Below, in pieces: positions 8,046 to 16,466 of a stretch of DNA of 24,000 bases (the stretch's first letter is position 1; every line of letters begins with the position of its first letter). Where the stretch lies: assembly GCF_012027325.1 (NCBI RefSeq), contig NZ_SNUG01000002.1, positions 117,211 through 141,210 on the forward strand, read 5' to 3'. The translations under genes and the position numbers were made by a program. The notes beneath the pieces are model-generated. The model was not told where the DNA came from, ran no database searches, and worked only from the letters and a program-made list of their open reading frames with translations. Origin of the DNA: Thermococcus sp. M39 (GTDB lineage Archaea; Methanobacteriota_B; Thermococci; Thermococcales; Thermococcaceae).

Positions 8046-8254
8046 AGCATTTAAAAATTTTAAACGTTCTCGAAGGAAAGGAGCTAACAATTGTAGAAAT
8101 ATCAAAGGAAACAAAGATGTCTCTTGCAGAGGTTAGGAAGCTATTGCTTAGATTAGCGGAGCAGGGAAAAGTCGAGAGCTTACAAAGAGAGGGTAAAATC
8201 TTCTGGAAAATCAAGCAGAAGACTCCCGAAGAAGAAAAATTTAAATATGTATAA
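8042..8254 (+). CDS. Small winged-helix DNA-binding protein (70 aa)
   Basis: ILNVLEGKELTIVEISKETKMSLAEVRKLLLRLAEQGKVES fits an HTH plus wing pattern. ATGA start/stop overlap with the UPF0148 gene. Confidence 0.7.
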   Translation: MKHLKILNVLEGKELTIVEISKETKMSLAEVRKLLLRLAEQGKVESLQREGKIFWKIKQKTPEEEKFKYV

Positions 8255-8265
8255 AAAGGGGAAAA

Positions 8266-9060
8266 TCAAACTTTCTCTGCTTTCTCCCAATATTCATTGA
8301 ACTTTCCTCTAAAGAGGTTGACGACTCTGAAGTCCTTGATCCAGACTTGGGTCTCATAGTTAAAGTATCTAGCAGCCATGTCTTCTAATGCAAAGAACAC
8401 TTCCTCATCACAGATTAACATTGGCAGTTCAAGGTTGTCAATGACCTTAATCTCAAGCTTTCCGTTCTTGTAGTAGTCCATGAGCTTTGATGCCTGGAGT
8501 CTTGGGAGTATCTGCTTGGTAACAACAATTTTGGCTGTAATGCCTCTTTCAATGGCCTTAATGATGTCATCTTCAAGATTTATTGCGACATAACCATCGT
8601 CTGCAAGGAGCACCTCTTTCTGCACTCCTTCAAGCATTTCCTTTGTCTTGAGCGTTGAGTTTCTAATTCCTCTAACGACCCAAACTCTTTCAACACCATA
8701 CTTTGGAATCTCTGTCTCTATCAATGGTGTCATGAGTTCAAGAAGCTCTTCCTTGGCCTTCTTCTTTGCCTCAAGCTCTTCCTTAACTCTCTCCTGCCAT
8801 TCTTCGATGAACTTCTCGAGTATGTTCTTGGGGTGTACTGGCCTGTATTTGTTAACCTTACCAGGCTGGCTGATTGCAAAACCTTTCTTCTCCAAGCTTC
8901 TCAATACATCGTAAGTTCTTGGTGCTGGAACTTCAGAAACGCTTGCCAACTCTGCCGGAGTAAGAACTCCAAACGCAACTAAGGCAACATATGCTCTTGC
9001 CTCATATAAGTTCAATTCAAAATGTTCTTGTAAAAGTTCTACCATCCTATCTTTTGCCAT
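8266..9060 (-). CDS. trmBL2: TrmB-family chromatin-associated regulator TrmBL2
   Basis: Near-identical to my memory of T. kodakarensis TrmBL2/TK0471 (KDRMVELLQEHFELNLYEARAYVALV...TPAELASVSEVPAPRTYDVLRSLEKKGFA ... NEYWEKAEKV). The ATG at 9060 with GGTGG SD (9066-9070) gives 264 aa. It is adjacent to rgy, as in T. kodakarensis. Confidence 0.92.
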   Translation of the reverse strand: MAKDRMVELLQEHFELNLYEARAYVALVAFGVLTPAELASVSEVPAPRTYDVLRSLEKKGFAISQPGKVNKYRPVHPKNILEKFIEEWQERVKEELEAKKKAKEELLELMTPLIETEIPKYGVERVWVVRGIRNSTLKTKEMLEGVQKEVLLADDGYVAINLEDDIIKAIERGITAKIVVTKQILPRLQASKLMDYYKNGKLEIKVIDNLELPMLICDEEVFFALEDMAARYFNYETQVWIKDFRVVNLFRGKFNEYWEKAEKV

Positions 9061-9105
9061 TTTTACCACCGTCATATTTCTGTCAAAATATTATGTGAGC
9101 TTAAA

Positions 9106-9113
9106 GTATATAA
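9106..9113 (-). promoter_or_regulatory. Putative trmBL2 TATA box (TTATATAC preceded by an A-rich BRE-like tract)
   Basis: The minus strand reads AAAAAAGTTATATACTTTAAG, 46 nt upstream of the ATG at 9060. Confidence 0.4.
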
Positions 9114-9293
9114 CTTTTTTCCAACTCAATTAGTTTTACATCGTTATTTAAACATCTGATTTAAGCCTAACTTCACCTGATTTTATCTACATTGTATCAA
9201 CATACAAAGCTTTTACTCTACCTCAATTTTAAATTTTTTGGTTGAGGCAACAATATTGACTAAAAACAACAATATATTACTAACAATAATGGT

Positions 9294-9319
9294 CACAAAA
9301 GCGAAAAAAGAAGGGAAAA
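9294..9319 (-). terminator. Oligo-T terminator after rgy
   Basis: The minus strand immediately after the TGA reads TTTTCCCTTCTTTTTTCGCTTTTGTG (T4, T6 and T4 tracts). Confidence 0.4.
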
Positions 9320-12300
9320 TCACTTCAAAATATACTGTTTGATCTCCGCATACATGTTATTCAGCACTTCTTGGTAGTCCGCCTTGTTTTCCTCTACCAA
9401 GTCCATAAGCTCTTCAAGCTGCCTTGTTCTTTCCTCACTCACAAGCTCTTTGTATTTGCTTATGAGATAGTGATAGACTTTAGTTCCAAGCTCTGTTGGG
9501 ACTAACTTCTTCCTTCCTTTTGTCTCAATGACATAGTGCCTGTCCAATAAAGTCTTAACAATTTTTGCATAGGTAGATGGCCTTCCAATTTTGCGCTCTT
9601 TCATTAGGGCAATTAAATCACCCTGGGTGTAGAGGGAAACTTTTGGCGCTCTCCATTTCTTAACCTCAAGGACTTTGAGCTTCTGTCCTTTCTCAAGCTT
9701 TGGCAACTGTCTTAATGGTGGTGCCCTTAACTTAGTCCACCCATCAAAGATTATTTCAATGTATCCTTCAATTTCAGTCTTAGCAACTTTTGCATCAATT
9801 ACTGCCTTTTCATAAAGGACTTTTGCAGCTTTCATCTGCGATGCCATGAAGCGTTTGAATATCATATCATAAAGCCTGAAGTGATCTCTTGTGAGTCCCC
9901 TTGCAAGGGTAATGACACCATCTCTCAGCAGTTGCATCAATCTTCCGGTGTCAATTGGTCTTGTGGGCCTTATACACTCGTGTGCTCCCTCTTCACCCCA
10001 CTTTCTTGGAGCGAAGTATTCCTCTCCAATTTCTTCGCTAATGTATTCCTTCGCAACTTCAATACCTGTGTTGCTGACGTGAGTCGAATCAGTTCTGTGA
10101 TAAGTGATAAGACCGAGCTCGAAAAGATCCTGTGCCAACTGCATTGTATGAGGAGCGGAAAATCCTAAAAACCTTGAAGCATCTTGGAGCATTGTATCTG
10201 TGGTATACGGTGGGAACGGGTTGATTTCCTTCTCCTCAATTTGGACGTCTTCAATAGTTACTTCCCCAACTTCCTCTTTGACACCTTCAAGGGTTACGCT
10301 TAAGCCGTTCTCCAAAGTCAGTGCCATGAAATCTGTCTCGCTCTCGACGAATTCCTTGTATCTCTGTATCACCCATCCAAGAACGGGTGTTTGAACTCTA
10401 CCAGCTGATAAGTTTCTGCTCTCAAAGACCTCCCACAGCTTTTGACTGAGCTCAAATCCAATCCATCTGTCCTCTATTCTCCTTACTAGCTGAGCATTAA
10501 CTCTGAACTCATTAACGTCTCTTGCTTCATTCAAGGCTTTCAATATGGCTGGTCTTGTAATCTCGTGGAACTCAATACGCTTGATGTTTGGAGTGTAAGG
10601 ACTTAGGACATTCCTAATATCCCATGCAATCTTTTCTCCCTCGACATCGGGATCAGTTCCTATGAGAATTTCATCAACTTCCTGGGCTATCTCACGCATT
10701 GCAATTACATTCTCCAGGGCATCTCTAACATTCCTTGAGCCGCATCTCGGGCAGACTCCCTTCTCCTCCCAGTCAACGAACTGATGACCGCAGTCTCTAC
10801 AGCGTTTTATTGTGTCATAGACTGGTATGAAGTAGAGCTTTCCATCCCTCTCCTCTATGAGGACGCCGTGATAACCTTCCGTTGTAACGAGGTCGAACAT
10901 ATGCCCACCGCTTGCCAGAATCGTCAGCATCCTGTCGCCTATGCTGACTTCATATGCCACCAAGTCGCCAATTCTCCTCTTGCTTGGCTGTCCGAAGAAG
11001 TTGGCTATTGTTCTAGCTTTGTTTGGAGATTCAACTATCATGAGGGCAGACTTAACTAAATCCTTGGTCTTCTCACTTATCTTTCCGGCAAGAATTAGCT
11101 TGACTTTCTCTCTATCAGCGTCGATCTCCTTGAGAAGCTCCTCAAGGTTAAGCTCTTCAAATGGCTTCATTTCGAACTCTGCAAAGCGCCATCTCATCTG
11201 TCTCTTCAAGCCGTTAAAGACCTTTTCGTTATCGACTATTATTATGCTCAGACCCTTTGTAATTCCACCAGCGAAGAGACGTGAAGTTCTTCCGCTTGCC
11301 TGGATGTAAGTCCTAACATCAGGAATCTCAATGTACCATTTTCCTTCCTCTTCTTTGAGGCTGACAAATGGGTCTTCTTCTATGCGTTTGAGCACTTCTT
11401 CTTTCTTTAGGACTCTTCTTAAGAACTCAACGCTCTGCTTGAACACTTCAAGGACATGGCTGTGGAATCCTTCTAACGGTAGACCTTCAGCTAATGCCTC
11501 TTCAATCTTCATCAATTCAAACTGTGGAATGTTTCTAATCAGACGCCTTAAGCGAGCATATAATCTTTCGCCTTCTCTCCTGTCTTCTTCATTGAGGAAC
11601 TCCATGACTTCACTCATTAAACCTAAAACTCTGTAAATTGTAGGTTGCTCTAAATCGAGGCTGAACCTAAATTTCGGCACACCTGTAAAGATTGCGTATC
11701 TAATCAAGTGCGGCAAATCTAATCCTCTAACTATGGTTCCATAATAGGTTGCAACACCGACCAAATAGTCAATTTCCTCGTTTTCAAACTTCTCTAAGCC
11801 TTTCTTATTCCTCGCAGAGACAAGCTCAACCTTGAAGCCTTTCTCTTGGAGGTATTGTGTAAGTTTCTCAGCATAACCAATTCCTTGATCAATTGGGACA
11901 AAAATTAATCCACCTTTGCCAAGCTTTGCTAAAAGCTCCTCCACATGTTCCTCAATTGGCTTCCCTGGGAAGAGATAGCTGTCAACAACATTTCTCAACG
12001 CTGACCTTCCACTTCCCACCTCGAAGTCCAAAAGCTCACGGTAGAGCTTTATTCTATCTCCCCTTGCGCTTCCAGTTGCTGAAGCTACAATTAAAACTCC
12101 AATCTTATTCTCACGCTTGAATTTTCTTATTTCTCTCTCAAGCTTGTCAATCTGCTTGTTGAGTTCATTGAGCTGCTCTTGCTTGTCTGGGCTGTTGCCG
12201 TTGAGGAACTTTGCCATCTGCTTCTTCAGCCTTATAATCTCCCAGGCTTTCTGGATTATTTCCTCTGTAAAGCCGAGCAGAATAAGGGAGCGATCAATGT

Positions 12301-12970
12301 TCTTTGAGGCTTTCAAAAATGCATCAACATCATCAACAAAAATGAAGTCAAATCTCTTATCCTTGAGCATCTCGTCGAAGTTTCTTGCAAGCCATTGGGC
12401 TGAAGTTATGAGAATATCAAAATCTCCATTCATGATTTTTTCAGTCATCTCCTCTTTTTCCTTCTTCTTCATGCCACCATGGTAATAAGCAAGATTGATT
12501 TCAATCCCAGCCCTTTCTGCAAATGTTTTCACTCTCTTAATTGTCTGCACTACAAGCGGTGTTGTTGGTAAGACTATGTAGCTCTTCTTTTTCTTTTTAG
12601 CGTAATACAACGTCATGAATGAGCCAAAAACGCTCTTACCCATACCTGTTGGGGCTATGATGGAAAAGCTCTTGTTTTTAATTAGTCTTTTTACCCAAGT
12701 TTTTTGTGCGCTCCAAAAGTTGAAACCTGTGGCTTTTTCAAAAAGTTCCTCAATTTCCCTCAGATTTTTCTCAAGCTTGTAAATCTCTTCCCAGTGCTTT
12801 AAAGCCCCTTTCAGCTTAAGAGCTTCTCTAATCCCCCTAACAAGGTCAAAATAAATTTCAGCTTGAATTTCCTCATCGAGACAAACATTACATGGATGCT
12901 TCTTGTACAAGCGTTCATCACTAATTCTACCCTCACAGTTTGGACACATCCCCCTATAAATCGCCTTCAT
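9320..12970 (-). CDS. rgy: Reverse gyrase (helicase-topoisomerase IA fusion), intein-free
   Basis: N-terminal Zn finger CPNCEG...CNVC; Walker A APTGMGKS; motif II VDDVDA; motif [10 protein letters not shown]; Toprim MIVESPNKA and DPDVEGE; second Zn finger CRDCGH...CPRCG; catalytic-Tyr motif ITYHRTDS. The ATG at 12970 with GAGGGTGAG SD gives 1216 aa. Confidence 0.97.
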   Translation of the reverse strand: MKAIYRGMCPNCEGRISDERLYKKHPCNVCLDEEIQAEIYFDLVRGIREALKLKGALKHWEEIYKLEKNLREIEELFEKATGFNFWSAQKTWVKRLIKNKSFSIIAPTGMGKSVFGSFMTLYYAKKKKKSYIVLPTTPLVVQTIKRVKTFAERAGIEINLAYYHGGMKKKEKEEMTEKIMNGDFDILITSAQWLARNFDEMLKDKRFDFIFVDDVDAFLKASKNIDRSLILLGFTEEIIQKAWEIIRLKKQMAKFLNGNSPDKQEQLNELNKQIDKLEREIRKFKRENKIGVLIVASATGSARGDRIKLYRELLDFEVGSGRSALRNVVDSYLFPGKPIEEHVEELLAKLGKGGLIFVPIDQGIGYAEKLTQYLQEKGFKVELVSARNKKGLEKFENEEIDYLVGVATYYGTIVRGLDLPHLIRYAIFTGVPKFRFSLDLEQPTIYRVLGLMSEVMEFLNEEDRREGERLYARLRRLIRNIPQFELMKIEEALAEGLPLEGFHSHVLEVFKQSVEFLRRVLKKEEVLKRIEEDPFVSLKEEEGKWYIEIPDVRTYIQASGRTSRLFAGGITKGLSIIIVDNEKVFNGLKRQMRWRFAEFEMKPFEELNLEELLKEIDADREKVKLILAGKISEKTKDLVKSALMIVESPNKARTIANFFGQPSKRRIGDLVAYEVSIGDRMLTILASGGHMFDLVTTEGYHGVLIEERDGKLYFIPVYDTIKRCRDCGHQFVDWEEKGVCPRCGSRNVRDALENVIAMREIAQEVDEILIGTDPDVEGEKIAWDIRNVLSPYTPNIKRIEFHEITRPAILKALNEARDVNEFRVNAQLVRRIEDRWIGFELSQKLWEVFESRNLSAGRVQTPVLGWVIQRYKEFVESETDFMALTLENGLSVTLEGVKEEVGEVTIEDVQIEEKEINPFPPYTTDTMLQDASRFLGFSAPHTMQLAQDLFELGLITYHRTDSTHVSNTGIEVAKEYISEEIGEEYFAPRKWGEEGAHECIRPTRPIDTGRLMQLLRDGVITLARGLTRDHFRLYDMIFKRFMASQMKAAKVLYEKAVIDAKVAKTEIEGYIEIIFDGWTKLRAPPLRQLPKLEKGQKLKVLEVKKWRAPKVSLYTQGDLIALMKERKIGRPSTYAKIVKTLLDRHYVIETKGRKKLVPTELGTKVYHYLISKYKELVSEERTRQLEELMDLVEENKADYQEVLNNMYAEIKQYILK

Positions 12971-13008
12971 TTTCTCACCCTCTAATGTTCTATTTAGATG
13001 ATGCAAAG

Positions 13009-13015
13009 TTTATAA
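13009..13015. promoter_or_regulatory. Single near-palindromic TATA box (TTTATAA) shared by divergent rgy and the 124-aa gene
   Basis: This is the only TATA-like element in the 77-nt gap between the start codons at 12970 and 13048. It lies 33 nt from the plus-strand ATG and 38 nt from the minus-strand ATG. Confidence 0.35.
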
Positions 13016-13047
13016 GGGTTTTTTAGATTTCCCTCGTGGGTGAGAGC

Positions 13048-13422
13048 ATGATTGTCGAAGGTGTTAGGCTCAAGGCTGAGCTCACTGAAGAGCAGTATGA
13101 GAGAGCAATAAAGCTTATAGAGAGGCTAAAATCAAGATTTCCAAATGCTCTAGTGAAAAAATTCAAAACACAAGAAAAGATAAGCTTTATTGATGTATAT
13201 CTAGGTGTAAGGTTGAATTTTGATATAATAATTGGAAATCGTGGTAAGCCATTCATAGCTGTAGAAATGGAGGGAAACAAGTCAAAATACGCCTTTCAGA
13301 TAATGAAATTTTTCCTTGACGAGCTTGGTGTTGAGTATTCCTTTGATTTTGATGGAAGAGAAGTTTATGACGCGTTGAAGAGGAAGATTAAGGCGAAGAG
13401 CTTGCTAGATTATTTGACGTAA
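13048..13422 (+). CDS. Hypothetical protein (124 aa)
   Basis: K/E-rich ORF with GGTGAG SD (13038-13043) before the ATG at 13048. The antisense ORF 13023..13280 is S/I/F-rich and was rejected. No motif recognised. Confidence 0.6.
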   Translation: MIVEGVRLKAELTEEQYERAIKLIERLKSRFPNALVKKFKTQEKISFIDVYLGVRLNFDIIIGNRGKPFIAVEMEGNKSKYAFQIMKFFLDELGVEYSFDFDGREVYDALKRKIKAKSLLDYLT

Positions 13423-13941
13423 ATTTTTCAGTTCTTCAAGCTCTCTCTCAATCTCCTCAGTGAGCTCATAATCATAAAAAACTTTCTTAAATTCTCCAAA
13501 CTGTATGAGCAAGGATTCATAAAATTCCTCTGAAAACTCCATCTTTAGCAGAGCAAAAGCTTTCCTAAATAGCCTCGCGGCCTCACTTCCACTTTCGTCG
13601 TGATTCACATAATAGATTAGCTCCTTTAAGATAATGGACTTTCCAATCTCAAGATTTCCAAAAATAATCCCATCCACAACAGCTTGCGGCGAAAGCTCTA
13701 CTAAAGGGCTTAGTGTCTCAAAATATTCTCCGTTCTCAAAAGCCTCCAGCACAGCAAATACATGCTTGCAATCTCTCCCAATAGGACAAGTGCATCTGCT
13801 TTTTCCACCTTTTATGCTGACCTCAACGTAATACGGATAAGTCCCTAGAACTTTTCCATAAAGTCTATCTCCATACTTCAGCACCCACAGAACCTTGCCC
13901 TTTTTGAAATACTGCTTTCCCTTCTTTTCCGCATTATCCAT
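13405..13941 (-). CDS. SWIM zinc-finger domain protein
   Basis: CTCPIGRDCKH matches the SWIM CxCxnCxH signature after a beta-rich N-terminus, followed by a helical C-terminal half. The track start at 13965 is TTG. The ATG at 13941 lies 32 nt from a CTTTAAAA TATA box (13973-13980). Confidence 0.75.
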   Translation of the reverse strand: MDNAEKKGKQYFKKGKVLWVLKYGDRLYGKVLGTYPYYVEVSIKGGKSRCTCPIGRDCKHVFAVLEAFENGEYFETLSPLVELSPQAVVDGIIFGNLEIGKSIILKELIYYVNHDESGSEAARLFRKAFALLKMEFSEEFYESLLIQFGEFKKVFYDYELTEEIERELEELKNLRQII

Positions 13942-14047
13942 ATTAACCACTAAAGTTAGTAACAATTGAGCCTTTTAAAGATTTCGTTGTACATTACCAC
14001 CATCAAGCATATAAATCCAAATAGTGAACTAATATTGGGGTGGTAGC

Positions 14048-14281
14048 ATGGACGTTTTTGAGCTTGCGCGGAGGTATCATCAAGAGATTGGAATAAAGGA
14101 GCCAAGCTTTGCAACCTTGGCCGCGGAAATCTTTGGAGAGCTTGGTCTCAAGATATATGAGCATTTAAAGAACGAGGGTTACACTCTCAAAAGTACTCGT
14201 TTTATTGACTACGACAATAGCCTTGTATTGGAAGTGGTAAAAGGAGAGAAAGCCTTCGAGATTCTTCTCAGAAAGGCTTAA
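14048..14281 (+). CDS. Hypothetical protein (77 aa)
   Basis: ORF with GGGGTGGT SD and an ATATAAAT TATA box (14009-14016) 32 nt upstream. No motif recognised. Confidence 0.55.
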   Translation: MDVFELARRYHQEIGIKEPSFATLAAEIFGELGLKIYEHLKNEGYTLKSTRFIDYDNSLVLEVVKGEKAFEILLRKA

Positions 14282-15585
14282 ACTCTATAGTCGAACACTA
14301 TTTCCTTCTTTTCTCCTGGCTTTACAGTTACTTTGAACTCCACATAGTGTGCTGTTTCATCTATTGGTTCTACTGTAGAGCTCAATATTTTGCCACTCCA
14401 CTTGTAATGCCTGACAATAACTTCTTTCGTCTCGTCTCCAAAATTCTCAATTGTAATTCTCACTTTGTAGTATGTTGAATCGCTTTCTCTTCTCTGCTCG
14501 AGGATTTCTGTTTTGCCTTTTAGATCGACATCCCTTCCAAGCTTGAGCCTCAATATATCGCCTTTAGCGGTGTGATCAATTTTCTGCTCACCAATTAAAA
14601 CTGTTGTATCGTTCATTTCTTTGTAAATCTCTACAATGCCAGCTGGAAGCACTTTCTCAGTCTTAAATGAGATAATCTCGTAAATTTCATTACTTCCACC
14701 GTAGGGATAGCTCTCGTATAGATACTTCCTTTCAAAAGATGTCTCTTGGGTAATGTAAGGTATCATCTTCTTTTCAAATGGGTTTACACTGAGTATTCCA
14801 AGGTTGTAAAGGTAGAATGCTTCAATTTTTTGAGGTTGCTCTGGAATTCCAGCAACTGCTTTTTCTGCCGTCGCATAAATCCTTTCCATAACGACTTGCG
14901 GAGGAGCATAGAAGTTCACTTCCCCCGAAACGAGCATAACTTTAAAGTCTTCAAATGTCTTGTTTGTAGGATTGTCAATCACTATGTATCCAAAGAGCAA
15001 GGCTTTGTTGGTTAGGTAAAGCTTATACCTTGAGCTCCAGCCAATCGACTGAACTCTGTAAATCAGCTTGAACTTATACTTTCCATCTTCCTCAGCTTGT
15101 ATAATGGCATAAGTTTGGGCTTTGGCTTTGCTTCCCAGTTCAGCAAGCTTCATATATGCAACTTCCTCGGGCTCAATCAGATAGTAGGAATCTCCCTGAA
15201 CTGCTATCTTGCCGTCTTTGTAGCCTAAAAACTTCCCCGTTATTGTTTCACCACTCTTCAGCTTTATTGTGACAGTTTTTCCAATGTTTGCTTCAAGCAC
15301 TCCTTTGCTTGGGTATGCTTGCGAAATAATTCCCAGAACCGTAACTTTGTCGCTCAAAGGCTTTACTGTAACTTCCTCAATATTCAAACCTTCAATCTCC
15401 TCGAGAGGAACTTCATTGAATCCCTTTTTGAGGTCTAAGGTAATTGTTTTCTCGACAACTCCAATGCGTGCAGAGTCGTAGAGAACCAAAGTTCCGCTTT
15501 CATCTGCAGCCCTTGTTTGATGTAGTACTATCATTGCCAAGAGCAAAAAAGCTACAAAAATTCCACCTAAAATTTTCTTTTTCAT
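14278..15585 (-). CDS. Secreted or N-terminally anchored beta-rich protein, DUF4139-like
   Basis: N-terminal MKKKILGGIFVAFLLLAMIVL anchor/signal. The central W..RY...(14)..IDNPT...F.....L.SGEVN pattern resembles DUF4139 family proteins as I remember them. GGTGA SD at 15592-15596 and TATAAATA at 15618-15625. Confidence 0.6.
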   Translation of the reverse strand: MKKKILGGIFVAFLLLAMIVLHQTRAADESGTLVLYDSARIGVVEKTITLDLKKGFNEVPLEEIEGLNIEEVTVKPLSDKVTVLGIISQAYPSKGVLEANIGKTVTIKLKSGETITGKFLGYKDGKIAVQGDSYYLIEPEEVAYMKLAELGSKAKAQTYAIIQAEEDGKYKFKLIYRVQSIGWSSRYKLYLTNKALLFGYIVIDNPTNKTFEDFKVMLVSGEVNFYAPPQVVMERIYATAEKAVAGIPEQPQKIEAFYLYNLGILSVNPFEKKMIPYITQETSFERKYLYESYPYGGSNEIYEIISFKTEKVLPAGIVEIYKEMNDTTVLIGEQKIDHTAKGDILRLKLGRDVDLKGKTEILEQRRESDSTYYKVRITIENFGDETKEVIVRHYKWSGKILSSTVEPIDETAHYVEFKVTVKPGEKKEIVFDYRV

Positions 15586-15617
15586 TATTTTTCACCAAGA
15601 ATAGTTGGCTTTCATAC

Positions 15618-15625
15618 TATTTATA
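15618..15625 (-). promoter_or_regulatory. Putative TATA box (TATAAATA) for the DUF4139-like gene
   Basis: Lies 33 nt upstream of the ATG at 15585, with a GGTGA SD in between. Confidence 0.4.
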
Positions 15626-15726
15626 GAGACCGACAACTTCAAGCTGAGTTGAAGCAAATGATGGAAAGACTTTTAACATTGTAAACGTAGTTGAAACTGC
15701 AGTCATGATAATTAGAGGTGGTAAAG

Positions 15727-16425
15727 ATGGATAGGGTTACAAAAGCAAGAGAAATTATCGAGAAAGCCAAGGCTGAGGGTAGGCCTCTTGTAGAACCAGA
15801 GGCTAAGGAGATTCTCAAGCTCTACGGCATTCCAACCCCAGATTTCAAGGTTGCAAGAAATGAGGATGAAGCTGTTAAGTTTGCAAGGGAAATTGGCTAT
15901 CCAGTTGTCATGAAGATTGTCTCACCACAGATTATACACAAGAGCGATGCTGGTGGTGTTAAGATAAACATTAAAAATGATGATGAGGCAAGAGAAGCCT
16001 TCAGAACAATTATGGAAAATGCAAAGAGATACAAGCCAGATGCAGACCTTTGGGGTGTCATAATCTATAAGATGCTCCCACTCGGAAAGGAAGTTATCGT
16101 TGGTATGATTAGGGATCCACAGTTTGGTCCAGCTGTCATGTTTGGTCTCGGTGGTATCTTCGTTGAGATTCTCAAGGATGTCAGCTTTAGAGTTGCTCCA
16201 ATAACAAAGGAAGAAGCCCTTGAAATGATTAAGGAAATCAAGGCTTACCCAATACTCGCTGGTGCAAGAGGAGAAAAACCAGTAAACATTGAGGCTTTAG
16301 CAGACATCATTGTCAAAGTCGGTGAATTAGCTCTTGAGCTTCCAGAGATCAAAGAGCTCGACATTAACCCAATCTTTGCTTATGAAGATGAGGCAGTTGC
16401 AGTTGATGCAAGAATGCTACTTTGA
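15727..16425 (+). CDS. ADP-forming acetyl-CoA synthetase (NDP-forming acyl-CoA synthetase), beta subunit
   Basis: ATP-grasp beta subunit pattern (EAKEILKLYGIP, GYPVVMKIVSPQIIHKSDAGGVK, ELDINP). The ATG at 15727 with GAGGTG SD gives 232 aa, like the Pyrococcus ACS beta subunits. No alpha subunit is adjacent, which is normal for Thermococcales. Confidence 0.88.
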   Translation: MDRVTKAREIIEKAKAEGRPLVEPEAKEILKLYGIPTPDFKVARNEDEAVKFAREIGYPVVMKIVSPQIIHKSDAGGVKINIKNDDEAREAFRTIMENAKRYKPDADLWGVIIYKMLPLGKEVIVGMIRDPQFGPAVMFGLGGIFVEILKDVSFRVAPITKEEALEMIKEIKAYPILAGARGEKPVNIEALADIIVKVGELALELPEIKELDINPIFAYEDEAVAVDARMLL

Positions 16426-16466
16426 TTTTGCTCTTTTCTTTCATTTGCTACGGAAATAAAAAGAAA
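16426..16466. terminator. Bidirectional T-rich terminator region between convergent ACS-beta and pyk
   Basis: The plus strand reads TTTTGCTCTTTTCTTTCATTTG. The minus strand reads TTTCTTTTTATTTCC. Confidence 0.4.

Noticed and set aside
7688-8050. 120-aa minus-strand ORF covering the UPF0148 gene
   Set aside because: The plus-strand product carries the CPKCG...CPVC zinc ribbon and matches the UPF0148 pattern. The minus-strand ORF is S/F/L/I-rich with no motif.
9156-9180. Two CTGA boxes 21 nt apart that looked like the D'/D boxes of a C/D-box sRNA
   Set aside because: No RUGAUGA C or C' box is found at the required distance on either strand, so the arrangement does not fit archaeal C/D sRNA architecture.
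9320-13006. Possible intein or N-terminal extension in reverse gyrase
   Set aside because: The helicase and topoisomerase motifs are contiguous, with no Cys/Ser...HN-type insertion. The 12-codon extension to 13006 lacks an SD, while the ATG at 12970 has GAGGGTGAG and begins with the conserved zinc finger.
15634-15658. Short hairpin (CTTCAA-GCTGAG-TTGAAG) between the DUF4139-like and ACS-beta genes
   Set aside because: The stem is only 6 bp and lies in a divergent promoter region, so it cannot be distinguished from chance.
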